A DNA stretch of 63,139 nucleotides, filler included, from Octopus bimaculoides (taxonomy: Eukaryota), in the NCBI RefSeq assembly GCF_001194135.2. It is 7 parts of 6 records of this genome, joined end to end, with 100 filler letters (N's around TTAATTAATTAA, not from the genome) between each part and the next. Parts side by side here need not be neighbours in the genome. Positions count along the whole stretch, not along the records: positions 31,887 to 45,037 come from NC_068995.1; positions 45,138 to 52,403 come from NW_026356881.1; 5 more parts are not named here. One strand, 5' to 3'. This document shows, piece after piece, positions 35,166 to 48,689 of the stretch. The number at the start of each line of letters is the position of its first letter. The stretch's first letter is position 1. The translations under genes and the position numbers were made by a program. The notes below the pieces were generated by a model that saw only the letters and a list, made by a program, of their open reading frames with translations, searched no databases and was not told the DNA's origin.

Positions 35166-38100
35166 AATGCACAAAGATACCCTTTACTTACCGGATGGTG
35201 ATGTTACAGGAGTTGTACTGCTGAGTGAACCCTGCCCCAACCCTATTCACAATGCATTTCTGCTTCCTCTGCTTCTTCGCTTGTTTCGTCCTTGGTCACC
35301 CTCTGCTGCAAGTCATTTCTCTCGTTTCTTTCGCCGTTGCTTTTCTCTTTAAAAGGAAAAGTGTATATTGTTGATGTCATAAGAATTTAGAGACTTCGAG
35401 GTTGATAAGAATAAAAAGAATTAATAGGATTCTTTTGTTCCAGTTGTAGAACGTCTGTCATGCTTACACATTTGGATTCGGTCCTACAGACAGTTATCAA
35501 TTATTTCCATCCAAGGGGTTTTTAACCCAATATTTACACACTACCATTTATAGATTTATCTCCTTCGAGTTTTACCGTTCCAAAGAAGAATTATTTCAGA
35601 TTCTTTCGGAGTTTCTAAATCCTTATGACGTCAACAATATATATANNNNNNNNNNNNNNNNNNNNNTATATATATATATATATATATTTCTCTCTCTTTT
35701 TCTATCCAGAATGCAGGACAAGGTGACATATCCCAATTCCACGTCTCTTTAACTGCATAGCCATTTACCCGAGTAATTACAGGTATTCATTGCATTAGCT
35801 AAATGTTATATAAAATGCAAATTGACTGCTCTTTTCTTTGAATTTACATCCTATTACATCATACCATACTGTTATACCATCATGCTACCGAGTCCCCATT
35901 TATCAACTAGAAATAGCATTCTACTCTCTTACTCAAATGAAAGTGTTGTCATAGATGTACGAAGAGACAGGATGGTCACAGGTAGAATGGCTTTCATTAT
36001 AGATCTGCGTGAGCAGGACGAGACTAAAACTAAACAGAAACAACAGTAACAACCACCGGCTTCTAAGCTTAAAAAAATTATTATTTTTGCTTAGATACAA
36101 TACTGTCTTTACTTATTCTTTAAAAAAATGACATTTTTAATCTCAATATATATCTTGTGTCTACTCTGGAAATTTTGAAAAGTTAATTCTTTCAATGACT
36201 TTTGAATAAAATGAATGAGAATCCATGAAGCATCTGGTACATTATAGCAACTGTTTTCTCAACTTTTACTGTTATAGACTCAGCTGAATTCTTTCTTATA
36301 TTGGTGCAGAGCAATAAATGTTTAACAGTATATCGGCTTTAATGTATATTCTTCTTCCTACGCTATCGTGTCGACGAACGACTCCTAGAGATTTCTTTGG
36401 TTAAACATTTACTTCTCATGCAATTATCATTGCAAGCAACAAAGGTGGGGTTTTTTTTTATTTCCTTGTATTGAGTATTTTTATAAGATGCCACCTTGTC
36501 AACTAAATACAAGCAAATTCGCTACAACTGCCTAGGCACTCAAAATTTGAAGTGTTGAAACAAATACCGAAACGCATTTTGTTCAACACTCTAGTAATTC
36601 AATCGATCTACAATTATAGACTGATACTTTACTTTATCGACCTTGGAATAATGAAAACCTAAGTTGACATCGGCCGGATCTGAAAACAAATCCTGAAAAG
36701 CCGAAACAAATACGCCGATGCTTTTGTCTGATGCTCTAGAGATTCTGATAATTCACAAGCATAGCTATAATCAAAATCACTCAATTCATTATCCTCCCAT
36801 CTTTTTTTTTTATTATTCATACTGTATGCCTAACTGCCTTCTCCAATGTGTACTTCCCCGTATGAGAAGGCGGAGTGTTCTTTTATGAAGATTTCGCTTC
36901 GCTCGTAAGACGCTGATATGAGTAAATTAAATATACACATCTACCGATCCTCAGTGCATGTCAAAGATCAGTTTCGTCGGAATTTGAACCAACGATCCAT
37001 TTCTACAACACTTGACTGCTCAGGTATATCATGTCCGAAAATATAAGCAAGGCTCTTTGATTAAGGACACTTTGCAACCACATGGCTTGTGCCTCTATCC
37101 CATACTCTTGCATTAAACAATGTTCTGAGAATGAAATTTGGAAAACAGAAAATGTAAGGAAGCCTGTTGTATATGTATGTTATATAAGCACATATGTATG
37201 TATATGTATATATGTATGTTCCCTTCAGTTTTTAATTATTTACATTCTTCCTCTGAGGAAGGAGTTGGTTTCTAGCATAAGTACAAAGCTCCATTGTTGG
37301 AATGTAGATAATGAAAACAGTGTCACATTTTAAACTTGAGAAAAGTCTTGCATATTTTTACTGTTTCACTTATAGACTGAATTTGTAATGTGCGAGTCAG
37401 TTGGCTGATTTCTTTTTCTGAAAATCCAAGCTTATCCAGACTATCGGTTAGATTTTTACTCACAAAACAAAGAGCGCCAATTATTATTGGTATAGATGTG
37501 AATTTTTTAATCTGGATATAGAAGCTGGGGGTTTTGAAACAGTTATCCTCTCACTTTTTGATTTTCATCTAAGGTTATGTGACTTTTGCCATGAAAGATG
37601 TGTACATAGGTAAATCAGCCGATAAATCATTACATTCGAACAAAAGTACTTTCTATTATTTGCTCCATCGAAGCTGTACAGAGACTTCCTTCCCTCTGTC
37701 GACATCGGAAATGCGATACTCCAGTGTTTGACCCATCAAGCAACTTATTGTTCATAAAATAAATGGTATTTTCTTTTTTAATCTTAAAATATAATGACTT
37801 AAGAAAAGTTAAATAGAGCAACTGAAATTAAACGACCATACAGCCAAACCCAGTTGATAGGTTTTCTAAAAATATATCAATTTATGTCGTTGTTTTATTA
37901 ATAGACTCTTGGTTCTGTTGTTTGCCTTACTATATGTCGATTTGTCTTGAGAATTCCATAGAAAATATAATTCGTCATTCATGTGATTATGAAAAAGCTG
38001 AATTAGATCTTATGCCTATTCTTGCCAAATTTCCTTATGAAAAATACTAGAAAAAGAAAGATACGTTGTTGAAATTTACGATAATTGGACTATAAAAACG

Positions 38101-38601
38101 CGAAGGGAAAGAAAATATAAACTAAAAATTACTATTGCAGTCAGTCTTCTTATGACGTCAAAGACTTTCTCGTCACGTTGACTTTGGCAACAACTTAACC
38201 TGAACAGTTATACGTTTTTTTTAAAGTTTACATCATAAAAGATGATATTGAACTGTTTGGTTATAAGACATATGTAGAAAATCAACGATTTGATGGTAAA
38301 TAAAATTAAAATCAATGAACAGTTATTCAGAAGAATATCGTTTATATACACACACGCACGCATACACACACGCATGCACACACACATACATACATACACA
38401 CATACACACACGCGTGCACATAAACACACATGTGTACATATATAATAAGTATGCAAGTGCAAATATGTATGGGAATATATTATATCCGCATATAATTTAT
38501 GCCAATATTAATAGCACTGAATATCTACATATGTATTTTATATTAAAATTTTAGATAAAAAATAATGTACATTTAACGAAATTATATGTGCGCATGTTTT
38601 C

Positions 38602-38641
<40 letters not shown>

Positions 38642-38730
38642 NNNNNNNNNNNNNNNNNNNNNNNNNNNNNNNNNNNNNNNNNNNNNNNNNNNNNNNNNNN
38701 NNNNNNNNNNNNNNNNNNNNNNNNNNNNNN

Positions 38731-38772
<42 letters not shown>

Positions 38773-39869
38773 GTGTATATTATATATATATATGTATGTA
38801 TACATATATATAATATAATATATGTACACACACACATATACACATCCATAGACACAAACACACACACACACACACAAAAACACACACACATTGTGTAGTG
38901 TGGATACAGACACGCTAACAACCGATCGGATCTGCAAGGCTTATTTATTTATTTGTTTATTTATGTTTATCAGGCATCGATCTGTTGGCTAGAATCGCAA
39001 TGGCGGTGAGCCATAGAAGCGGGAGTATATATTTACCTCTATTGTTTCGATTTCTCAAGCCGATATCTACCTATACGCCTTTAATTCGACGAAAGAATTT
39101 CTACACAAAAGAGTAGTTTACTCGCTGGCTGATCTCCAACATACTGTCACATTAATCTTCTCTGTCAGCTTAAAACAGAATCAGAGGAAAAATAACTAGA
39201 ATAACAAAAACTGTTGCAAAGAAAGACATCGTCATCCACTGAGCAAACGAGTGAGGGGGAGTAAAGAAAGATAGATATATACAGAGAGAGGGGGGCAGAG
39301 ACGGAAATATTGTGCGAGTGAGTGAGAAAAATTGGATGAGGCAGACGATAATTTATGGAAGTCAATAACTGCCTGAGATTGACAGAATATTTATTTTGCA
39401 ATTGTCGTCAATGCAATGAAAAAAAATATGAAATATGTTAAATCATTAAACGATCGATCACGTCTCGAACGTTCTCTACGGGTCTTTGTCTGTCTCTACC
39501 TGTGTATGTGGGTATGTATACATGGGTGGCTTTGTGCCTCTGTATGTATACGTGCCAGTACGTTCCCTTTATATAGTTTTGCATATGTATCCGAGGTTGT
39601 TTGTAAATCTGTGTGTGTATGTGGGTGTATGTATTTATGTAATCATTACTATGTGTGTGTATGTATATATGTAAGTATGTGTGAGTATGTGTGCAGACGA
39701 GTGTGACTATGTGTAGTTTTATCCGTGTTTATGTCTCTATATTTGTATGTGCATGTTTTGTATATGGGTGTGTGCACGAGAGTGTTATTTGTGTTTATAT
39801 GTATTTCTGCCTCTATAGCTGTGTGAGTGCGTGTGCAGTTGTATGTATGTGTGTATTTCTATATGTATG

Positions 39870-39913
<44 letters not shown>

Positions 39914-42330
39914 CAGGTATCCGAGTATGAGTGTAGATATAATTTTGTTATGCATATGTTGTGTGTTTATAAACATATACCTAACCACAGCTGTATTGGT
40001 AATGATATTTAATACATGATACGATTATGATAACATCGACAGCAGCCAAGAAAAAACAACCCTGGTTAGTTTATTTTCATATATTATAGTAGCAACTAGG
40101 TCAAAGATTGCAGTTTGTGTGAGATTTGCTTAACCATTTCAGCTGATTAACAAAATAGCAAGCTTGATCGTGTGATTAAGAAGGTCGCTTCGCACAAATC
40201 ATAATTCCGTGTTCTGTGTACCAATAGCCTTAGGTAAGCCACTAGCTTCTGCGTGGGATTTGGGAGACGGAAATCCGTCGTGTACGCGCGCGCGCGCATG
40301 TGTGTGTGCGCATGTGAGTGTGTAGAGAGAAAGGGAAGGAGGGAGAGAGAGTCACGGCATGGCGTTTGCAACAATTCCTCCTTTACGAACAAATTGAAAG
40401 GAAGACAATACTTGCAATGGATGAAATTTGCAGTCTATATTAGCTGAATCCACTTCACGTCATCATATCCAGAGGCAATCCTCAGACTTAACGTTGAGTG
40501 CCAGTGTGTTCGAATGCCATATATATGTGCGTGAGTGTATATGTGGTGTACATGTGTGTGTGTGTGTGTATGTGTGCATGCTGTGTATGCGCATTCGCAT
40601 GCGTGTATATAAATATATATACATACATATTTATATATATTCATCTATATATATACATGTAGAGATATATTTATATCTATATACATATACACATATACAT
40701 GAAATATATATGTATATATACATATATATGTATATAAATACATGTATATATATACATATATATGTATATATATATGTATAAATACATATATGCATATATG
40801 TATATATATATATGTATATATACACATATGTATATGTATACATNNNNNNNNNNNNNNNNNNNNNNNNNNNNNNNNNNNNNNNNNNNNNNNNNNNNNNNNN
40901 NNNNNNNNNNNNNNNNNNNNNNNNNNNNNNNNNNNNNNNNNNNNNNNNNNNNNNNNNNNNNNNNNNNNNNNNNNNNNNNNNNNNNNNNNNNNNNNNNNNN
41001 NNNNNNNNNNNNNNNNNNNNNNNNNNNNNNNNNNNNNNNNNNNNNNNNNNNNNNNNNNNNNNNNNNNNNNNNNNNNNNNNNNNNNNNNNNNNNNNNNNNN
41101 NNNNNNNNNNNNNNNNNNNNNNNNNNNNNNNNNNNNNNNNNNNNNNNNNNNNNNNNNNNNNNNNNNNNNNNNNNNNNNNNNNNNNNNNNNNNNNNNNNNN
41201 NNNNNNNNNNNNNNNNNNNNNNNNNNNNNNNNNNNNNNNNNNNNNNNNNNNNNNNNNNNNNNNNNNNNNNNNNNNNNNNNNNNNNNNNNNNNNNNNNNNN
41301 NNNNNNNNNNNNNNNNNNNNNNNNNNNNNNNNNNNNNNNNNNNNNNNNNNNNNNNNNNNNNNNNNNNNNNNNNNNNNNNNNNNNNNNNNNNNNNNNNNNN
41401 NNNNNNNNNNNNNNNNNNNNNNNNNNNNNNNNNNNNNNNNNNNNNNNNNNNNNNNNNNNNNNNNNNNNNNNNNNNNNNNNNNNNNNNNNNNNNNNNNNNN
41501 NNNNNNNNNNNNNNNNNNNNNNNNNNNNNNNNNNNNNNNNNNNNNNNNNNNNNNNNNNNNNNNNNNNNNNNNNNNNNNNNNNNNNNNNNNNNNNNNNNNN
41601 NNNNNNNNNNNNNNNNNNNNNNNNNNNNNNNNNNNNNNNNNNNNNNNNNNNNNNNNNNNNNNNNNNNNNNNNNNNNNNNNNNNNNNNNNNNNNNNNNNNN
41701 NNNNNNNNNNNNNNNNNNNNNNNNNNNNNNNNNNNNNNNNNNNNNNNNNNNNNNNNNNNNNNNNNNNNATATATATATATGTATTTATATATATATGTGT
41801 GTTAATATATAAATACATACACACATACATAGAAGAGTTTGAGAGACATACTTAATACTGATGGTAGAGTTATGCATGTCTTTATATAGTTCTTTGGATC
41901 ATCAGTTTCATCGTTAATAGCTATATACGAATCTTTAACAGAGATGCGCAGTTTTTGATTCATTACATAACTTCAATAAGGCTAATGAGAGTAGTGTTCA
42001 AGCTGAGCAGCCATATTGAATTTGTCTGATAGCCAGAAGTCAGTTCATGTTGTCTCTGATAGCTATACATATACACCTTGTAGACTTAAATAACAACTGT
42101 ACGGTAATTCTTCGAACTGTGTAAAAATACACAAAAATACATAGGAGTTGATGATATCATCCTCATCACTATCACTGTATTCATTTATATAATGACCAAA
42201 CCAAGTTCCCTCTCATCACACCATCTTCATTCATTCTCACCACCTTCGCTCAATTGTTAATCAACATTTCTATCATTCTCGTGTGTATGCGTGCGTGTGT
42301 CTGTGTGTGTGTTCGTGTCTGTGTGTGTGT

Positions 42331-42412
<82 letters not shown>

Positions 42413-42789
42413 ATCTATGTATAAATGTGCGTATCTTTAGCTTTTTCTTCTTTTACTTCTTTCAGTCATTGAACTGCGGCCATACTGAGGCACCACCTTG
42501 AAAGGTTTAAATCAATAAATCAACCCCAGTACTTACTTTTCTTTCTGAATCTAGTATTTATTGTAACAATTTCTTTTGCCAAACTGCTAATTTACAGGGG
42601 CGTAAACAAACCAATACTGGTTGCCAGACGGCGGAGGTGAATTAACACAGACGCGCGCGCGCATGTACATGGCCGGGTTAAGACCCATACTGGCCCTAAG
42701 AACTTAAAAGATTTTGGTGCCCCCATGCGGTGGGTAAATTGTCGCCATTTCATATTTTTAATTTCGCGCATTATTTGTTTTTGATTTTG

Positions 42790-43598
42790 TCGACTACACA
42801 GTATAGTAGGGTCACTTGGGCATCGTTTGTGAGAACAGCACCATGAAGTAATTCACTCTACCAGAAATTTGGAAACAACATGCTGTACTGCTTTGCATTC
42901 GCGCAAGAAGCTCCAATACGAACATTTCAAAGTGTTTGTTTGTCGATCTGAGGACAGTGCATATACCGAGTATGATAAAAATCAAGCATCCAGTCAACAT
43001 CATGATGTCTGGGAATACCACGTCACCATCAACAGTAATGGCGACTTTATACTTCCATTCATCTTCCCACACGCCTCAGACTCAACACGGAGACCTACAT
43101 CAAGTTCCTAGAGGAGATAGTGCTGCCCTGAGTCAACAGGGTTGCTGATGGAAGGCCCTATGTCTGGCAACAGGACTCTGCACCATGTCACACAGGCAGG
43201 AAAACCCAGTCATGACTGTCAGACAATTTCTGCGACCATATTACCCCTAACGTCTGGCCACCTTATTCCCCAGACTGCAACCCTCTTGATTATTATGTGT
43301 AGGGCGCAGTTGAGCGAGAGACCAACAAAACCCCTTCTAACACCAAAGATGAACTAAAGGCAACGATTATGGCAATATTTACCAACTTGAACGAGGGGAT
43401 CGTCCAGAAGAGTTTCAGGAGATTCCGAAGTTGTCTGGAGGTCACGGTTGAAGCCAATGGCGTTTTATTGAATAAATTTGCTCTTTAGTATTTCAGGATA
43501 TCTTTATGTAATTTTGGTAAATATATCTGTTAAAACGAGATGCCGATGTTGTTTTCATTTTTGCGTAATTTAGACGACAATATATTCACCGCACTCTG
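42790..43598 (+). mobile_element. Tc1/mariner DD37D (maT) transposon, internally deleted
   Basis: YVWQQDSAPCH...WPPYSPDCNPLDYY with 37 residues between D(43174) and D(43288). Right TIR TATTCACCGCACTCTG followed by TA. Confidence 0.85.
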
Positions 43599-44293
43599 TA
43601 TATGTAATTCAAAATATAAATAGCAATAAACCAATGATGACGTATTGTTGTTGTTGTTTAGATCGATAACAAATCTGTCTTCGATCTGATAGGACACCAT
43701 TCTCAGTAAGCCATCCTTTTTAGATATATTTTCCAGGAAACTTTGAATACATTATATATTCTATATGGTTCTATGCATATTTTGCTATTTATAGTATTTG
43801 GCAGACACGAGAAGAAACTGTATATATTTTCATATTATAGTAGCAATTAGGTCAAAGATTGCAGTTTGCGTGAGATTTTTTTAACCATTTCAGCTGATTA
43901 ACAAAATAGCAGGCTTGGTTGTATGGTTAAGAAGGTCGTTTCGCACAAAGCGTAATTCCGTGTTTTGTGTACCAATAGCCTTAAGTAAGTCACTAGCATC
44001 TGCGTGGAATTCGGGAGGCGGAAATCCGTCGTATACGCGCGCACGCGTGCATGTGAGTGTGTCGAGAGAGAGAGAGTCACGGCATTGCGTTTGCAATAAT
44101 TTCTCCTTTACGGGCAAATTGAAAAGAAGACAATACCTGCAGTAACAATTGTTGTTCTAAAGAAGTATATAAAGACATGTGTAACTCGTATATAGAAACT
44201 AAAACACGAGTTGGTCTCAATTAAAGCAATATCTTTTTCAATGTATTAACATGATATACATATAGTAAATGTGTAGATTCTAACGATTTTATA

Positions 44294-44338
44294 CGATTTT
44301 TCCAATTGTATATACCATGTATACAATTGGAAAAATCG
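44294..44338. other. Perfect 19-bp inverted repeat with a 7-nt loop
   Basis: CGATTTTTCCAATTGTATA-TACCATG-TATACAATTGGAAAAATCG. Confidence 0.95.
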
Positions 44339-44967
44339 GTGGTGATGACACCATCACGACACCAAGTACAAAAAATTCACAAGGAGACATCATCAGCTCC
44401 ATGTATATTGACAGAATGAAATACAAATTCAGTTACCACTGTTATTTCATCACCATTTGAAAACTAAAAATCAGAAAATACATGCATTGTCAAAAGCAGT
44501 AATGTATACCGCTTGGCCAGTTTCACATTTCATAAGCAGTACCAGTCCGCAAAATTATGGAAATTTAATTACATTATTTGTTGTCAGCGTCATAGAAAAT
44601 GGAAAGAGGAGATAAAAAATAAATAAAAAAACAAGGATCAACTTACAATGTTACAATATTACCACGTGCGTTGTCGGCACACCGAACGTTGAGTGAGCTA
44701 CTGAGCGTCGCTGCACTCACTTGTCAGTAGATGACTGAACAGGACAGCCGACATGACTATGACAACAGCGATCACGTGATGCTCCGGGAACCGTGGGGGC
44801 AATTACCAGGTTCTGATTATCCGGTATTCCCAAAATTAATGTATATAATTAACCTCTATTGTTACTATTTTATTTTATTTTTTGTGTCAATAGAAAACGC
44901 TTTCGAAAAGGGAAATGTTCATAAATTTCCAGGCAGTATAATTAATAATTATAATAGTTGAACTTAC

Positions 44968-45037
<70 letters not shown>

Positions 45038-45257
45038 NNNNNNNNNNNNNNNNNNNNNNNNNNNNNNNNNNNNNNNNNNNNTTAATTAATTAANNNNNNN
45101 NNNNNNNNNNNNNNNNNNNNNNNNNNNNNNNNNNNNNGCCCTCATATATTTATATGCATATATATGTGGTAAATGAAAGACAGAAGATGGAATATACGAG
45201 AATTTTTATTATCAACCACAATATATAACAGTAATAATGTATTTCTTCTTTCAATAG

Positions 45258-45467
45258 ATACATGTTCTTTATTCTTTGGGGACACCGCTATCAAAGGGTC
45301 AATGGTGTTTACCGAGCTTTTATGGATGGAAGTAACATTGTATATTTTAAAACATCAAAGTATACCTTTCCAAGTGGTTTTACTGTTGATATTTTTTCCA
45401 AAAGGATTTATCTCATTGATAGCCATTTCGACCAGGTGCTAACTTTTGATTACAACGGATTAAACAG
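45258..45467 (+). CDS. LRP2: LRP2/megalin-like exon, YWTD beta-propeller 1 (phase 2 to 2)
   Basis: ctttcaatag|A TAC...AAC AG|gtaaca; 210 nt; YMFFILWG...VYRAFMDGSN...FPSGFTVDIFSKRIYLIDSHFDQVLTFDYNG vs recalled human LRP2 YLFFSDW...ERAFMDGSN...[31 protein letters not shown]. Confidence 0.9.
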
Positions 45468-45592
45468 GTAACATTCTTAAATAGTCAGCTTTCAGTTTAC
45501 TTCAAGTTTCTCGCATGTTATTTACATGAGATCATTTTGCTATGCCACAAATAATATGCTTAATATTCCCACTGAGTTCAGTTATCTCTTTG

Positions 45593-45920
45593 AAGGCAGA
45601 TGGCTTAGTGGTTTAGGTATTCAGCTCATTATTGTAAGGTCTTGAGTTCAATTCCTGATGGCACATTGTATCCTTGAGCAAGATGCTTTATTTCAACTTG
45701 TTCCAGTCCACTCAGTTGGCAAAAATGAGTTGTACCTGTAATTTAAAGGGGGCCAGCCTCATCCTATTCTGTGTCATGTTGATTATCCCTGAGAACTACA
45801 TTAAGGGTATGCATGTCTATGAAGTACTCAGCCACTTGCACTTTAATTCCATAAGCAGGCTGTTCCCTTGATCCGGTCAGCTGGACTCTTGTCATCACAA
45901 CCAATGGAGCACTGGTTTCT
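45593..45920 (+). mobile_element. tRNA-derived SINE family C in an LRP2 intron
   Basis: TGGCTTAGTGG...GAGTTCAATTCC head, TCCTTGAGCAAGATGCTTTA core; body shared with 62725-63030. Confidence 0.75.
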
Positions 45921-46992
45921 TATCCTTTATGTATTAAAGGATTAGTAAATAAACTACTACATTCCTACAATTGTGCCATAGTTGATCAGCAGATTTTTGG
46001 AATCGTAAAAAATGTGCCAGAAAAAATTTGCTGNNNNNNNNNNNNNNNNNNNNNNNNNNNNNNNNNNNNNNNNNNNNNNNNNNNNNNNNNNNNNNNNNNN
46101 NNNNNNNNNNNNNNNNNNNNNNNNNNNNNNNNNNNNNNNNNNNNNNNNNNNNNNNNNNNNNNNNNNNNNNNNNNNNNNNNNNNNNNNNNNNNNNNNNNNN
46201 NNNNNNNNNNNNNNNNNNNNNNNNNNNNNNNNNNNNNNNNNNNNNNNNNNNNNNNNNNNNNNNNNNNNNNNNNNNNNNNNNNNNNNNNNNNNNNNNNNNN
46301 NNNNNNNNNNNNNNNNNNNNNNNNNNNNNNNNNNNNNNNNNNNNNNNNNNNNNNNNNNNNNNNNNNNNNNNNNNNNNNNNNNNNNNNNNNNNNNNNNNNN
46401 NNNNNNNNNNNNNNNNNNNNNNNNNNNNNNNNNNNNNNNNNNNNNNNNNNNNNNNNNNNNNNNNNNNNNNNNNNNNNNNNNNNNNNNNNNNNNNNNNNNN
46501 NNNNNNNNNNNNNNNNNNNNNNNNNNNNNNNNNNNNNNNNNNNNNNNNNNNNNNNNNNNNNNNNNNNNNNNNNNNNNNNNNNNNNNNNNNNNNNNNNNNN
46601 NNNNNNNNNNNNNNNNNNNNNNNNNNNNNNNNNNNNNNNNNNNNNNNNNNNNNNNNNNNNNNNNNNNNNNNNNNNNNNNNAAAGTGGAATAAAGTGTCTT
46701 GCTTAAGGACGCAGTGTACCTCCAGGAATTGAACCCTTGACTTTATGATCATTAATATTGTAACCACTAAATGATGTGACTTGATGCTGATCAACGATTA
46801 CATTTGACTCATGAGTGTAATATTTCATTTACTAACCATTTTGTAGATAAAGAATTGGCTGTTGATTCTCAGAAAATAGCAAGAATTTCATATATGATCC
46901 ATTAGCAATAAATAAGAAACAATTATAATTGTAAAAATTCTTTTCCATATGATAAATTCTTATAATTGTTATGTTCATCCATGTTTTTGTAG

Positions 46993-47201
46993 ATTTGAAA
47001 TTGTTGCGGGAGCAAAATATATTCTAACACCTGTGGCAATAACACATTTTGAAAGCCATCTCTTTTGGGCTGATAAGCATAAGGGTAAAATTATGAAGAT
47101 GAATAAAAACGGTAGCATCTCCACTTTAACAGAAATATATCATAATTCTTCTGAAGTTCCTAACACACTGGAAATTTTCCATTCAGCTTTGCAACCACAA
47201 G
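46993..47201 (+). CDS. LRP2: LRP2/megalin-like exon, end of propeller 1 (phase 2 to 1)
   Basis: tttttgtag|A TTT...CAA G|gttagt; RFEIVAGAKYILTPVAITHFESHLFWADKHKGKIMKMNK...EIFHSALQPQ, carrying an FWAD motif and an H-x-x-x-QP propeller terminus. Confidence 0.9.
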
Positions 47202-47482
47202 GTTAGTATCATCTTTCTACCAAGTATGTTTGAATGAAGTCTTCTATTGTCATAAAAGAATTATTAGTTCTTGTCAATTATTNNNNNNNNNNNNNNNNNN
47301 NNNNNNNNNNNNNNNNNNNNNNNNNNNNNNNNNNNNNNNNNNNNNNNNNNNNNNNNNNNNNNNNNNNNNNNNNNNNNNNNNNNNNNNNNNNNNNNNNNNN
47401 NNNNNNNNNNNNNNNNNNNNNNTCGTCGGTTACATCAACCCCAGTCTTTCACTGGGACTCTTATGCCTAACTTTTCTCTCAA

Positions 47483-47820
47483 CGCAGTTGTGTTCTGTCG
47501 GTCATGGGATCTGACATTGTAAATCCAATAGAGAATACTACCTTCATTCCTCTCCAGCCTATGCATGTCCTCTGCAGTTAGAACCCATGTCTCACTACCA
47601 TGTAACATAGCTGTTCTCACACAAGCATTGTACAATCTAACTTTCACTCTGAGAGAGAGAGAGAGTCCTTTTGCTACCAAAAGAGGTAGCAGTTCTCTTA
47701 ACTTCCTCCATCCTATTCTTATTCTAGAAACAATACTTTCAGAGCATGCATCACTGTTACTAATTTGGTCTACTAAAGAGCAGCAAGTGAGCCACGGATC
47801 AGAACAAGTAATAACCCAAT
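47483..47820 (-). mobile_element. RTE RT C-terminal fragment
   Basis: SRIRIGWRKLRELLPLLVAKG..LRVKVRLYNACVRTAMLHGSETW...RLERNE. Confidence 0.85.
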
Positions 47821-48450
47821 GCCGCTTGATCTGGACTCTATGCTGAGTGTGACATCATTTTGATTCCCTCGAGTTCCTTGAGTTTATTCTCAGCTCTTTA
47901 AGCAGTGTCAGGTTCTCTGTTGCCTTGCTGCAGAAGAGCTCACTTCCTATTAATCAATGCCAAAGATTTTTGCTACACAATGCCATTCATCCACTCCAGC
48001 TCTTTGGAGTACAGGTTGGCATCAGTGGTTTGTCTGTCCAAAACAAACTCACAGTGAATTATTCCCTCGTAATTCCACCAAGCGCAGAACATCAGCTTCT
48101 GTTCAAAATAGCTATCTTTGGTGACAGGTTCCAGAAGCTGGCCATTTGTTAACCACTGCTTATACATATTAAAATTGTAGAAAGATATCTCTCTTGGAGA
48201 ATCACTTGCTGCAATTCATGGCTTACTTTTTGCACTCATGTCGCTTCATCAACCAAAGAGAAGAGAAGACTTTAGTGAAGGAATTGTTTGCCTCAAAGAA
48301 CAAGAACAGGTATCAGCGTGGGATCAAAGAACCAGGGGAAAGGTATCTTCAGATAGTGCAACATGATGGCCTCCATTTGCTAGGCTGTTTTTGCAATAAA
48401 TTGATGAATAAAACAAAGAAGTTACCAAAATATTGCCAAATTTTCTGACT
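47821..48450. mobile_element. mariner transposase remnant split across both strands
   Basis: Minus 48167-47821: KLMFCAWWNYEGIIH...ALLQQGN...SPD. Plus 48200-48385: HLLQFMAYFL...FASKNKNRYQRGIKE..ERYLQIVQHDG. Confidence 0.8.
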
Positions 48451-48689
48451 TGGCAGAATTATTAGATTTCAAGTTTACTTTCTGGGTCAAAACTCATTCA
48501 GAGAATTTTCGGTCCCTTGTTTCAGTTTAAAAATAGTTCATGACTAAAGTTAAAAGTGAAAAAAGAAAAAGAAAAAACAAGATTTTTAAAACTATTGAAA
48601 TTATAAATGTCTTTCAACAGAAAACTCAGTCAATAGTTAAAATATTATTGTATCACTGTCTTGAGCAGACAATCAGATTTTGTTATACA

